Part shown: positions 22,709 to 33,018 of the stretch, piece after piece | How positions within the stretch are numbered: the stretch's first letter is position 1 | How the letters are laid out: the number at the start of each line of letters is the position of its first letter | Assembly: GCA_020184695.1 (NCBI GenBank) | Contig: JAANOX010000034.1 | Location: 543,118 to 607,117 of the forward strand | Direction: 5' to 3' | Origin: Histomonas meleagridis 2922-C6/04-290x | Lineage: Eukaryota > Protista > Parabasalia | Length of the DNA: 64,000 nt | Position numbers and translations under genes: made by a program | The notes under the pieces: model-generated | Database searches by the model: none | What the model was told of the DNA's origin: nothing | The model's input: the letters and a program-made list of their open reading frames with translations, nothing else

Positions 22709-24400
22709 TCATAGCCAATTGTCTTCATCTTCTTTCACAATATCTTCAACTAAACTATTTACTTCTTCGATTTGCTTTGTACTTGACGTTGTCGTATCTT
22801 TAAATTGTAACTTTGAAATCGATTTTTCTTTCTTATTATTACTTCTCACTAAAAATATAACAATTCCAACAATGATCAAAACAAATGCAAATGATCCGCA
22901 AATAATTCCAATCAAAGCATTTGTCGTAATTCCATTTGGTGAATTTTCATCTGAAGTGTAAAACATTGTAAAGAAATTGGAATAATAATTATAATAAGTC
23001 GAATAAATAACAATCGTATAACTGTAATAAATAAATTCTGTTTCAATATATGAAAATGTCGAATTGTTTATATATAATGAAAATGTTTTCGTTTGTGTTT
23101 CATAAATAGTTAATGAATGTGTAATTGATAATGTAATTGTTAATGTATATGAAAATGATAATGACAATGAAATATCACTTTGAAGTGATGCAGTAAATGT
23201 ATTCGAATTAGAAAATGAATTTGATTGACTAAATGAATGTGTTGGAAGTGGTTCGCATATTCCTTCTGTGGATTCGCTAACAACATCTAATTGTCCAAAT
23301 TGATCGTCGACATATGTTGAATATGTGATAACACTTGTTGATACATTATAAAATGCACTTAAACCAATGTTTGGTTCTTTGTCTCCATAATAATATATAC
23401 ATCGAAGTTTATTACAATTCCCAAATGCTGAACCTCTAATTTCTCTTATTTCATATCCAAGGATTAATATGATTAAATTAGAACATGTTGAAAATGCTGA
23501 ATTTCCAATTGTTGTAACTGAATTTGGAATTGTAATGTTTTTGATTGATGAACACAATGAAAATGCTCCACCACCAATTGTTGTAACACTTTCTCCAAAA
23601 ATAATCGTAACCAAATTAGAACATGACGAAAACACATAGCCTCCAATATTTGATACTGAATTACCAAAATTAACTGAAACAACTGAAGGCCATCCTGAAA
23701 ATGCATCACCTGGAATTTCATAAATATTTTCACTGATAGTTATAAATTTTGTGTTATTTTGATATTGTTTAATACCAATAAAATCATTTGCATTTGTGAT
23801 TGAAAGTGTTGAATTATCTTTATGAAATATTTCATAAGAATTTGTGAAAAATATAATAAAAATAAAGATATTTTTCTGTTTTTTCTTTCCATTTGTTTTC
23901 ATTTTATTAATTAAAAATTTGATTTCATAAAATAAAAAAAGTCCCAAAATCAAAAAGTTATACATTAGAACTTGAGCAGTTTCATTGAATTTGAACATTT
24001 TCTTCATGAAGCCATTATTCATTGAAATTGGTAAATAAGCTTTTAATGAAAAATGATTAAATACCAAAGAAAAGAATTTGAAATCATGTTTAACAAATGA
24101 TATAGGTAAACTTAATAAATGGGAATGATGCTGATATTCTTCTGTGATATAATTAAATGTATTTGATTCATTCGCTGTTTGCATAATAAAATTTGTGACT
24201 TTAATGGATACACTCTCTTTGTTATAGGCTGAGTGTGTTAAATATTTATACCCTTTGGATTCTAAAGTAAGGTAAGGGGAGTGTTTGAGAGTTTGAGAAA
24301 TAGATAATTGATCAATAAAAATCTTTGAACCTGAATTTTTTGGAGAGATTTGTAATAAGCAAAAGAAATACAATAGTAAAACCAAGAAGAAAGAACACAT
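22709..24400 (-). CDS. BspA-like LRR type I membrane protein, copy 2
   Basis: 563 aa; hydrophobic N-terminus, IGGYVFSSC/IGGGAFSLC/IGNSAFSTC repeats, S/T stalk, TM ALIGIICGSFAFVLIIVGIVIFLV, acidic tail. Confidence 0.85.
   Translation of the reverse strand: MCSFFLVLLLYFFCLLQISPKNSGSKIFIDQLSISQTLKHSPYLTLESKGYKYLTHSAYNKESVSIKVTNFIMQTANESNTFNYITEEYQHHSHLLSLPISFVKHDFKFFSLVFNHFSLKAYLPISMNNGFMKKMFKFNETAQVLMYNFLILGLFLFYEIKFLINKMKTNGKKKQKNIFIFIIFFTNSYEIFHKDNSTLSITNANDFIGIKQYQNNTKFITISENIYEIPGDAFSGWPSVVSVNFGNSVSNIGGYVFSSCSNLVTIIFGESVTTIGGGAFSLCSSIKNITIPNSVTTIGNSAFSTCSNLIILILGYEIREIRGSAFGNCNKLRCIYYYGDKEPNIGLSAFYNVSTSVITYSTYVDDQFGQLDVVSESTEGICEPLPTHSFSQSNSFSNSNTFTASLQSDISLSLSFSYTLTITLSITHSLTIYETQTKTFSLYINNSTFSYIETEFIYYSYTIVIYSTYYNYYSNFFTMFYTSDENSPNGITTNALIGIICGSFAFVLIIVGIVIFLVRSNNKKEKSISKLQFKDTTTSSTKQIEEVNSLVEDIVKEDEDNWL
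22958..23856. repeat. ~900-bp direct duplication, partner at 20463-21362
   Basis: Second copy of the near-identical block at 20463-21362. Confidence 0.95.
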
Positions 24401-24978
24401 TTGCGAGAAAACTTGAGAAACTTGCTAATAAATCAGTCAAAAACGATACAGAAAAATTCAACCGCGCCTCCTTTCCGTCAATTCATTTGTGTAACTTTCG
24501 TTGAAACATGTTTTATTGTTTCTGCAATCGGAAGCTGTTTACAAAGCTGAAACGTAATGTTTTATTGAAAAGTGTCAGAAAATTAACTCGTTTATATTGT
24601 TGAAACACAGAAAAAAAATGATCGAAAGAAAGATTTTGCTTGTCATAAAGGAAAGCTTTTGAAGGAAAAACTTTCAAAAAGTTCGCATCAACACAATTAA
24701 CAACTTATTGAATTTTGAATGCAGTATTTCTCTGTTTTTGTTTCATCGATCTGAAAAGACGCTGTCAACAAAATAAACGGTCATTTCAAATCAGAAAATC
24801 AATTTTTTTCATTTTCCACTGAACTAAATTTAAAGAAATATAAATAAATAAGTATATACATTCTATTCAATAAAATTATTGTAACTAAATTTTGTTATCT
24901 TATTTTTTTTAATGAGCAATCTCCAAAATTTCAAAAAAAATTTTGGGCTTTAGAATTACAAACAGAAGTTCAAATTCA

Positions 24979-24982
<4 letters not shown>

Positions 24983-25032
<50 letters not shown>
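24983..25032. repeat. (AT)25 microsatellite
   Basis: Perfect dinucleotide run. Confidence 0.95.
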
Positions 25033-25036
<4 letters not shown>

Positions 25037-25618
25037 CTAATAATGGTTAATATTAATTTATATAATTGGTTTTTAGTTTTCATACTGTTTTTAAGTTATA
25101 CAAGATTTTCAATATGTATAGACCAGAGCAAAAATTTCAAAATCTGTCTTTGCAATTTTTTATATTTTATTTGTTCTATAAATAGGATAATTCTTGAAAC
25201 AATTTATTCATTTATTGGAGGCACTGGACAAAGGAGAAAAAATAACTTTTTGAATTGATTTTGCGGTTATAAATTTATAAAGATTCGTTCCTTCACGAGT
25301 GAGCGATACTCACAAAAAAGAATCACAAAATTAAACAGAAAATAAAAATATATTAAACATTTTTTTGACAATACTCGTATATACTCGTTTAGATGTGGTT
25401 AATTGATAAGCCCAGTCTTTGCTTAGATGACCGTTTGTGCGTTGTATCGTACACAAATTTAAATGGAAAGTGACTAAATTCAGAGGAAATTTTAAAAAAA
25501 TTATTATATCTTCATAAAAATTTTCATTCAAAAAAATATCTTATAATTAATTATTTTTAAACACTTTGATTATGATTTAATTGTTAAATATGAAAAGTAT
25601 TTAAATCATATATTATCT

Positions 25619-25702
25619 TTAATTAAAGCATCTTATGAAGGTTATACAGAAATAGTTAAATTACTTCTTGAATAAAAAGGAATTGATATTAATCCTAAAG
25701 AT
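25619..25702 (+). pseudogene. Solo ankyrin-block relic
   Basis: LIKASYEGYTEIVKLLLE*KGIDINPKD, preceded by a spacer-like 3' end (TATGAAA-N16). Confidence 0.8.
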
Positions 25703-26058
25703 AATTCTCAGTTTAATTATTTAAGATCTTGATTATTTCCCATTTTGTTTCTTTTCTTAACAAATAAATATTGATAAACGGTCGATTTTATATGATACAA
25801 AAAAATTTCATATTTTGATTCAGGATGAGTTTAATCAATTAATTTGATTTATCTCCAAATTAAGGCGCTGAATTAAGCCCAGAGAGAACGTGATTTTAAA
25901 GCCCAAAAACCAAGAAACAAGCAAAAACCTCTTTTTTCACAACCAAAAGAGTTTGTTTAGTTTCACACAATTAATTATCGTACCATTTAAAACACACTAA
26001 AAGTGCAATAAATAAAGTTTAAATATACCTGGAGATTGTTTCATGAGTTAATTATGAA

Positions 26059-26481
26059 ATGCCTGGAATAAATCCAAGTCCATTTGCTTATTCATATATA
26101 AATAAAAAAATGACAGTAGAAGGAAAAACTGTTGACGTACATTTATATGATCTTGTTGGAGCTGAAATTCCAAAAAAGCCCCCACCAAATTACCATTTAT
26201 ATTTAACTCGTCTTGAAATAAATGGAGTAATTCTTCTCTACGACATCACACAAAAGGACGCATTTCAAATAATTCCTGAGTGGATAAAAAGTATTCGTCA
26301 ATCTAATAGCAAAGTTGTTATTATGCTGATTGGATCGAAGTGTGACGTTGATGAAAAGCGCGAAGTCTCTTTCGAAGAAGGAGCTGAGTTCAGTAAGAGT
26401 GAAAATCTCATTTTCTATGAAGCATCGTCTATTAAAGAAATCAATGTTCGTGAAGCATTTGCTTTTTGGTCACGAAAATAG
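26059..26481 (+). pseudogene. Rab-family small GTPase fragment
   Basis: VEGKTVDVHLYDLVGAE, ILLYDIT, LIGSKCD, FYEASS; no P-loop upstream in frame; probable homopolymer frameshift at the C-terminus. Confidence 0.65.
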
Positions 26482-26636
26482 TTAAAAATTTTATAAACAA
26501 TGCAGAAACCAATAAAAAACAAAATCAAATCGAAAGTAATTATTTATGTAATTTATCATGAAATATAAATAAACAATAATGAATTCATTAACTTAAATTT
26601 GACTTCAAGAATTGCAAAAATATTTTGATTAAAGGT

Positions 26637-26830
26637 ATTTAATTGTTTTATTAAATATTTAACCAAATAATTTTGGTATATTTCAAAATAATATTTAAAA
26701 ATTACTTAAATTATTTGAAACAGCACTTATTAGAGCATCTGAAGGTCATACAGAATAGTCAAATTACTTCTTGAACAAGAAGGAATTGATATTAATTCTA
26801 AAGATATTTATTTGTTACATATGATATTTA
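26637..26830 (+). pseudogene. Solo spacer-ankyrin-spacer relic
   Basis: 80-nt spacer (26637-26716), then degenerate ETALIRAS.GHTE..KLLLEQEGIDINSKD, then ATTTATTTGTT spacer start. Confidence 0.8.
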
Positions 26831-27165
26831 ATTATATAATTTATTATTGTGATTTATAAACATTTGTAATAATCTTGAACAACCTATGATTGACAATCTT
26901 GTAAAAGTTTTCTCGAGAAGAGTGGATTTAGGCACTAAATTTGGTTCCTGTGTGTAAAACATTCCTTTTCCTCTGTTTTCGAACATGGATGAATTCACAA
27001 TGTTCCAAGCCACTAAAGGTTTGATCATTTATTTTCTGTAATTACATTCCCATTATGTAAACATAAGTATTTATTCAATTCCTTTTTGTTTATATTCAAT
27101 AATTCATATTTTCAAATTTCCAGCAAATCGAATAAAATAAACAATTTTCTAATTAATAAATTTAT

Positions 27166-29349
27166 TTAATTTCCAAGATCGAAGTCTATATCATTTACAT
27201 CTTTCCATAAGTCTTCATTCCCATTTCCTGCCACGGCGGTTTTCACTAGTTCGTTTCCGTTACCGTTCACCCGCAGTTGGGGTGCCTCAACTTTCTCCTG
27301 TTCAAATTTCATTGGTTTATTTTTCTGACTCATTCCTAATCCTCCTCCGATTTCGAATTGTTCTTGCACGAATTTACCTCTTTGCATTTGTAAGTGCATA
27401 TTTAAGTCATCTTCATCACCCATATCATTGTTCATTTGCATTTCTTCTTGTTCCCGTTCAATATATTCCGCTAACATTGCTTGATAATGGTCAGACTTTT
27501 GTGTTAGCCCCATTTCATTAGTTAATTTGATTAGGTGTTCCAAACATTGACGGTTCATTGGATCCATGTCAATTACTTTCTCATACATCTCTAAAGCTTC
27601 TTGCTTACAGTCCATGTTTCGATAACAGGAAGCAACAAACAGTGGATATCGTGGTTCTTTTGGTGCCAAAATTGACGCACGCTCGAAAAATTTTAATGCA
27701 TTATCATATTGTTGATGATGTTGATAATATGTACCTAGCCATGAAACGACTTTGATATCGGATGGACAGTATTTGAAGCTTTCGCAATAACATTGAAATG
27801 CTTGAGTCTCATTTCCATCACGGTCCCAAATACTGGCTAAGCGACTCCAAACTGCCGGGTCTGTTTGGACAAGATTAATTAAACGATGTAACCAATCAAT
27901 AGCATTTGGAATGTCTCCAACTTTTTCATAACAATCACTTATTTGGAAAACAACTTCAGGGGATTTTGGAATTAAGCGATTAAGTTTGTCGAGGACCTGA
28001 AGTGCCTCATCAAAAGCTCCCATAAGTTTTGAAACTACTCCGAAATTATATAATGCTTCAACACAATCAGCTTCAACGCTAATTGCTTCAAGGTAACAAT
28101 CACGTGCTTCTTCTTCTCGTCCTGCTTGCCAATGACAATTACCTTTATTGACTAATGCTTGAGCATTATACTTATCATGATCAATTGCAATGTTTGCATA
28201 TTCAAGGGCTTTATCAAAGTCTTGTTCCAGAAGATATAGGAATGAGAGATTAGTGGCAGCAAGTGCCATAAGAGAGGGATCCTTCTTTCGGATGCCCCGA
28301 AGCATTTCAATAGCTTTGTTCGCATTTCGGTGGTTTAAATGCGCTAACGAGTACGCGATCTCAAATTCCCCCGAAGCCTCTGGATATTTCGATTTCTTAA
28401 GTTGTTGGAGGACAAACTCGTATGATTCTTGCCAATCTTTATCACTTCTTTCAGCTACAAGTCGTGACGCAAGAATTATTAACCGAACTTCTTCACGACG
28501 TTCGACATGAAGTTGATTACCAAGTATATCAGAGTCGTTAAGATCAGAGATAGAATTACGTGGTTTAACTGCTAAAAGACGTGTATATGCTTCTTTTAAT
28601 TCATCCATAGATGAAAGAAAAGAATGACAAAGAACAAGATTATACCCTGTTTTAACAGAAGGATCTTGTCGCATCGCTGTTTCAAATGATGAAAGCGCTT
28701 TGTTGTAATCGCCAAGTTTAATTTGTGCTATTCCACAACATTGATAAAACCTGGCAATAAGACGATTTGAATTGTTTTTAAGATGATTAATCCCCATTTC
28801 GTAATTCTTGACTGCATCTGCATATTGTTTTTGAGCCATATGAAGATTTCCTATTTCAAGATAAATAATATAAGGATTTGGAAATTCACGATCTTTGAGA
28901 AGCCGTTGATATCTATGAAGAGCATCATCAAACATTGAATTGGCTTTGTATGCATCTGCTAATTGCATAAAAACTGTATATTTTATCGATTTGAAATCTG
29001 GTTCTTCAGTGTTATTCTGATTAATAAACTCTTGGAAGCTTTTCATTTCTGTTTCTGCCTCTTTGGCTTTAGCTAATGCTTTTTGAGGATCTCCTTTTGT
29101 TAAAAGATTTGAAGATTCTTGAATTGCACCATTAATATTTTTCTTAAAAGCTTTGATTTTATTGGCTGCGCTATCATTATTGTCTTTAAGGAATTGAGAA
29201 AATGAATCAAGAACATGTTCAAGTGGAGAAATGACTTTCTTTCCACCTGACGTTGTTAGACCAGTATTATACCCTGCACCTTTTCGAGAAGACATTGGTC
29301 TGGAAGAAGTAACTGGTCTCCCACGTGATGAAGAAAGTCTTGTTGCCAT
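27166..29349 (-). CDS. IFT88: Intraflagellar transport protein 88 (TPR protein)
   Basis: 727 aa; RPMSSRKGAGY, YNAQALVNKGN, CVEALYNFG, QAFQCYCESFKYCPS and alternating TPR blocks characteristic of IFT88. Confidence 0.9.
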   Translation of the reverse strand: MATRLSSSRGRPVTSSRPMSSRKGAGYNTGLTTSGGKKVISPLEHVLDSFSQFLKDNNDSAANKIKAFKKNINGAIQESSNLLTKGDPQKALAKAKEAETEMKSFQEFINQNNTEEPDFKSIKYTVFMQLADAYKANSMFDDALHRYQRLLKDREFPNPYIIYLEIGNLHMAQKQYADAVKNYEMGINHLKNNSNRLIARFYQCCGIAQIKLGDYNKALSSFETAMRQDPSVKTGYNLVLCHSFLSSMDELKEAYTRLLAVKPRNSISDLNDSDILGNQLHVERREEVRLIILASRLVAERSDKDWQESYEFVLQQLKKSKYPEASGEFEIAYSLAHLNHRNANKAIEMLRGIRKKDPSLMALAATNLSFLYLLEQDFDKALEYANIAIDHDKYNAQALVNKGNCHWQAGREEEARDCYLEAISVEADCVEALYNFGVVSKLMGAFDEALQVLDKLNRLIPKSPEVVFQISDCYEKVGDIPNAIDWLHRLINLVQTDPAVWSRLASIWDRDGNETQAFQCYCESFKYCPSDIKVVSWLGTYYQHHQQYDNALKFFERASILAPKEPRYPLFVASCYRNMDCKQEALEMYEKVIDMDPMNRQCLEHLIKLTNEMGLTQKSDHYQAMLAEYIEREQEEMQMNNDMGDEDDLNMHLQMQRGKFVQEQFEIGGGLGMSQKNKPMKFEQEKVEAPQLRVNGNGNELVKTAVAGNGNEDLWKDVNDIDFDLGN

Positions 29350-29424
29350 TCGTAATCTTTATCAAACGTATATAACCGTAGTTCTTGCGGTTCTATACAA
29401 AATCGAAAAGTGACATGTTATTCT

Positions 29425-31017
29425 ATGCATTTTGATCGGCGAATACCAAAAATGCTTGAAGGGATTCCGTTTATTAATTTCAAGACCCCTGCAAACATCG
29501 AAATGTGTACAAGTTCACAATCAACAGAAGAAATGAAATGTAAATTTGCTATTGGTTCTTCAAATGTTAAATTAGTATCTTTACTTCTTTTATATAATGG
29601 AATTTTTCCAACTAAAGATAATGATTTTTCACTTCTTTGGTCAACACCAAGTGAATCTGAATCTATTACACCAAAATACTCATTTCAACGTATTAATCAT
29701 TTTCCTTATTCCAAACAAATTATTGGTAACAAAGCTCAATTATCATATATTATTCAAAGCCATCCCAATTACCTTGATTTCCCACCGTTTTATCCAATAA
29801 CATATATATTACCAAAAGATCATGATCTTCTTTATAAACGAATGAAGTCATCCCCACGTACTGAATTCATTGAGAAGCCACCAGATGGAAGTTGTGGTCG
29901 AGGTATTAAGATTGTAACATTTAATGATTTTTATCTCCTTCATCGTACATCAGTTGTCTCTGAATATATTTCACGACCATTAACAATTGATTCATTTAAA
30001 TTTGACTTACGAATCTATGCACTTGTTACCTCATATTCACCATTACGTGCCTTTGTATATCAAGAAGGGTTATGTCGCTTTGCTACCGAATTATATCGCG
30101 TTGGGAAAAGCAACATTTATTCGCAACTAACAAACTCGACACTTAACAAACATTCTCCGAATTATAACGACAACTTCAAATGGAAGTTAACTGATTTATT
30201 AATCGAACTTGAGCATCGTTATCAAATATCACAAACTTTAATACGTAATAAAATAAATCGTGTCGTGTCTCAAGCAATCGCTTTGATACAACCAATAATG
30301 ACACCGAAATATCGGAATTATATATATTGCCCTTATTTCGAGTTATATGGATTCGACTTATTACTCGATCATTCTTTAAATGTTTGGCTGCTTGAAATTA
30401 ATACTAACCCTTCAATGTCGTATAATGAATCTGTGGATTTCGATGTGAAAGTTCCGCTTTTAATTAACACTTTAAATATTGTCGGAATTCCAAATTTATA
30501 TTTTAATGATTTATTAAATATTTCGCAATTCGTTGATCCGAAAAATATTGAAGAAATTGATAATGATATAGTTAGGGCAGAAGATTTAAGAAACTTAAAC
30601 GCTGGTAATGGATTTATTAGAATTTTCCCTTCAATAGAAAATTCAGATTTAGAAAAATTATTAAAAAAGGCGCCATGTAAACCACAGAAAAGAAGACGAT
30701 ACAGTCCTGAAAAAGTGGCAAGATTGTTCACGAAGGCGCAAGCAATAGAATTACTATTAAAATATATAATCGAAATTTGTAACGGTGATGAAGATAATCA
30801 ATTAGATAAGGTAAAAAGATTTGTAAGAGCTCAAGGGTTTAAAGGAAGTATCAAAGAATTTTTAAGATATATGAGAAGAAGAAATGAAGGTGAAGACGTG
30901 GAATTGCCAAAGGAAATGGAAAAGGCAATTTTAAAGAGTTCAAAGATGAACATTAAACGATTGTTTATGAATTGTAACTTAGCGGGTGTACAAAGAGTGG
31001 AAATGTTGTTTGAATAG
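29425..31017 (+). CDS. Tubulin-tyrosine ligase-like (TTLL) tubulin glutamylase-family protein
   Basis: QRINHFP, IEKPPDGSCGRGI, YISRPLTIDSFKFDLRIYALVTS, GLCRFAT, FELYGFDLLLD, WLLEINTNPS; first in-frame ATG at 29425. Confidence 0.9.
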   Translation: MHFDRRIPKMLEGIPFINFKTPANIEMCTSSQSTEEMKCKFAIGSSNVKLVSLLLLYNGIFPTKDNDFSLLWSTPSESESITPKYSFQRINHFPYSKQIIGNKAQLSYIIQSHPNYLDFPPFYPITYILPKDHDLLYKRMKSSPRTEFIEKPPDGSCGRGIKIVTFNDFYLLHRTSVVSEYISRPLTIDSFKFDLRIYALVTSYSPLRAFVYQEGLCRFATELYRVGKSNIYSQLTNSTLNKHSPNYNDNFKWKLTDLLIELEHRYQISQTLIRNKINRVVSQAIALIQPIMTPKYRNYIYCPYFELYGFDLLLDHSLNVWLLEINTNPSMSYNESVDFDVKVPLLINTLNIVGIPNLYFNDLLNISQFVDPKNIEEIDNDIVRAEDLRNLNAGNGFIRIFPSIENSDLEKLLKKAPCKPQKRRRYSPEKVARLFTKAQAIELLLKYIIEICNGDEDNQLDKVKRFVRAQGFKGSIKEFLRYMRRRNEGEDVELPKEMEKAILKSSKMNIKRLFMNCNLAGVQRVEMLFE

Positions 31018-31237
31018 AATAAAATAAATGTTTATATTATATTTTGTTGTTCATTAATTAAAAACTTTCCTTAATGATTTTTTTATGGGATTAATTTGAT
31101 TGTTCATGAAGTTAAATTTTTTTTCCAGAATTTGGTGATTCTATTAATTACAAAACGTTTTTATATTGATAATGCAATAACATAATGAGTAAATGATGGA
31201 TCTGAAGTTTCATTTTGTTTAATCAGATTGGGGTGCC

Positions 31238-31242
31238 TCATT
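31238..31242 (+). promoter_or_regulatory. Putative Inr (TCATT)
   Basis: Matches trichomonad Inr TCAY(T/A), 9 nt before ATG 31252. Confidence 0.45.
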
Positions 31243-31251
31243 CTCAAAAAA

Positions 31252-32646
31252 ATGGAACCAAAAGAAGAAGATGATAATGAAATGGAAACACTTGGACTTG
31301 TTGAATCACCAAATACCAAAGTAACAAACAGAAGGATTGATTTCCTTACTGGCCGTCAAGCTGTTTTTATTCTTCTTGTTTATCTTATTTGCAATATGGT
31401 AATTTTAATTTTATATACAAATGGGCCAAGTTATATTATCACAAAGTTAATGAAGTTTGGTGTTGTAAAAGACGATTTTAATCTTGGAATTCGTCGTTTT
31501 TCATTTGATTTTGTCGGCATGAGCATATTTAATGATTTCCTTTCTTTAAGCATCTTCTTTAATGAACCACTCACAGTTGAAAAATCAATTAATGCAAGCT
31601 TTTACTTTTTAATGGCCATGAATAAAGGAACAAATTTCATTCGCAAAGTCGAAAAACCAGCCCAAAACATTATTATAAATGGGAATGACAAAAGTTCCTT
31701 TTTAAAAGGCATTCCAATTTATACAGCAGAAATAATCAATTTTGATAGTCTTCATTCAATCATCACAATGAACACAAAATCCAACTTTACCGGTTCATTC
31801 CAATGGGCTTACACTGATTTATCATATACTATTTTTGACATATTTGTTCGATTTGCTTTTTTAGTTTCAGGGATAGTCTGTATTATATATTTACGTAATT
31901 CTTTTAAAGGTAATGACAACATATCTGTTAAGTATATGCTTTATCTTGATATTTTGTTTATTATTGCATGTAATCCATTTTATTTATTGAACTATGCAAC
32001 GAATTCACAACACATCAAATTAGTTGACACTTTTCTACGATTTCTTTTCTTTATTTTCTGCACATTTACAGCAATTTCTTTGTTGCTTATGAAAGATCTT
32101 GTACGAAAAGAAATATCATTTACATGGATCTTTATTCGATTAATACCATTTGGAATTGCGTTTATTATCTTTACCGGTACATACGGCTATGACATATTAA
32201 TGTTTTCGAAAGATACACAATTGTCATGTAATCCGATCTTTTATTATATAAGATTTCTTTTAGTTTTTGTGTATTTTGTTGTTTTAATATTCGGTATAAT
32301 GACGTATGTGAGTGAAACTTATGAAAAAATAGTCTGCGCATTTTTGGCTTTGATTTTCTTTTCCATTTTGGCTATCGTCGAATTGGATTCATTGATAAAT
32401 CATGGCGAAGGAAGGTTTTATAAGGCGCAATTGGTGTACTTCCTTGCTGCTGCAACTTATACACTATTTTATAATTTCTTAAATTGCCCTATTAATTCAT
32501 ATATGGAAAATGCTGAGTGTATAGATGAGAAAGAAAGTAAAGAAGGATTAGAAATGTTGGTATCAAATTCAGATAATGATGAAAAGAAAAATGAAGAAAA
32601 TGTCGAGTCAAACCATGAAAAAAATGAGGAACAGCCAAAGCAATAA
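31252..32646 (+). CDS. TMEM181/Wntless-like multi-pass membrane protein
   Basis: N-terminal TM, luminal domain, then ~7 TMs; YTIFDIFVRFAFL and IIACNPFYLL resemble TMEM181; ATG at 31252. Confidence 0.55.
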   Translation: MEPKEEDDNEMETLGLVESPNTKVTNRRIDFLTGRQAVFILLVYLICNMVILILYTNGPSYIITKLMKFGVVKDDFNLGIRRFSFDFVGMSIFNDFLSLSIFFNEPLTVEKSINASFYFLMAMNKGTNFIRKVEKPAQNIIINGNDKSSFLKGIPIYTAEIINFDSLHSIITMNTKSNFTGSFQWAYTDLSYTIFDIFVRFAFLVSGIVCIIYLRNSFKGNDNISVKYMLYLDILFIIACNPFYLLNYATNSQHIKLVDTFLRFLFFIFCTFTAISLLLMKDLVRKEISFTWIFIRLIPFGIAFIIFTGTYGYDILMFSKDTQLSCNPIFYYIRFLLVFVYFVVLIFGIMTYVSETYEKIVCAFLALIFFSILAIVELDSLINHGEGRFYKAQLVYFLAAATYTLFYNFLNCPINSYMENAECIDEKESKEGLEMLVSNSDNDEKKNEENVESNHEKNEEQPKQ

Positions 32647-33010
32647 CAAAAGCTGAGTCTGAATATTTTTATTAAATATTTTTGTAAAATTAATTTTGAC
32701 AAATCTGTTTTTAGCCTTATGAAAAAAATATATTTGCAGCCATTTTTAGCATAACAAGTGTTCGCGCTTCTAAGCAATTGTTTCTAATAAAAAAATTGAA
32801 CCTCACAGTCGGTGGCAGGTAATGTCAAATTGCCCGTTTATGGTTATGACGGTCATTGAGCGTAATTTAATTGAATAGATCTAGGCATATGCCGTTCAAA
32901 TCCAAAAATAACCTCAATTCAGCTATGAAAAAAAGTGCGTTTGAACGGAAATCAGAACCATCGATTGTTTATTACTCAGAAAAAGCTTTCACGTAAAAGT
33001 CAGGGTCTCT

Positions 33011-33015
33011 TCACT
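33011..33015 (+). promoter_or_regulatory. Putative Inr (TCACT)
   Basis: Matches trichomonad Inr immediately before ATG 33019. Confidence 0.45.
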
Positions 33016-33018
33016 ATT

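Noticed and set aside
24983-25032. (AT)25 tract as a functional element
   Set aside because: Ordinary microsatellite with no associated structure.
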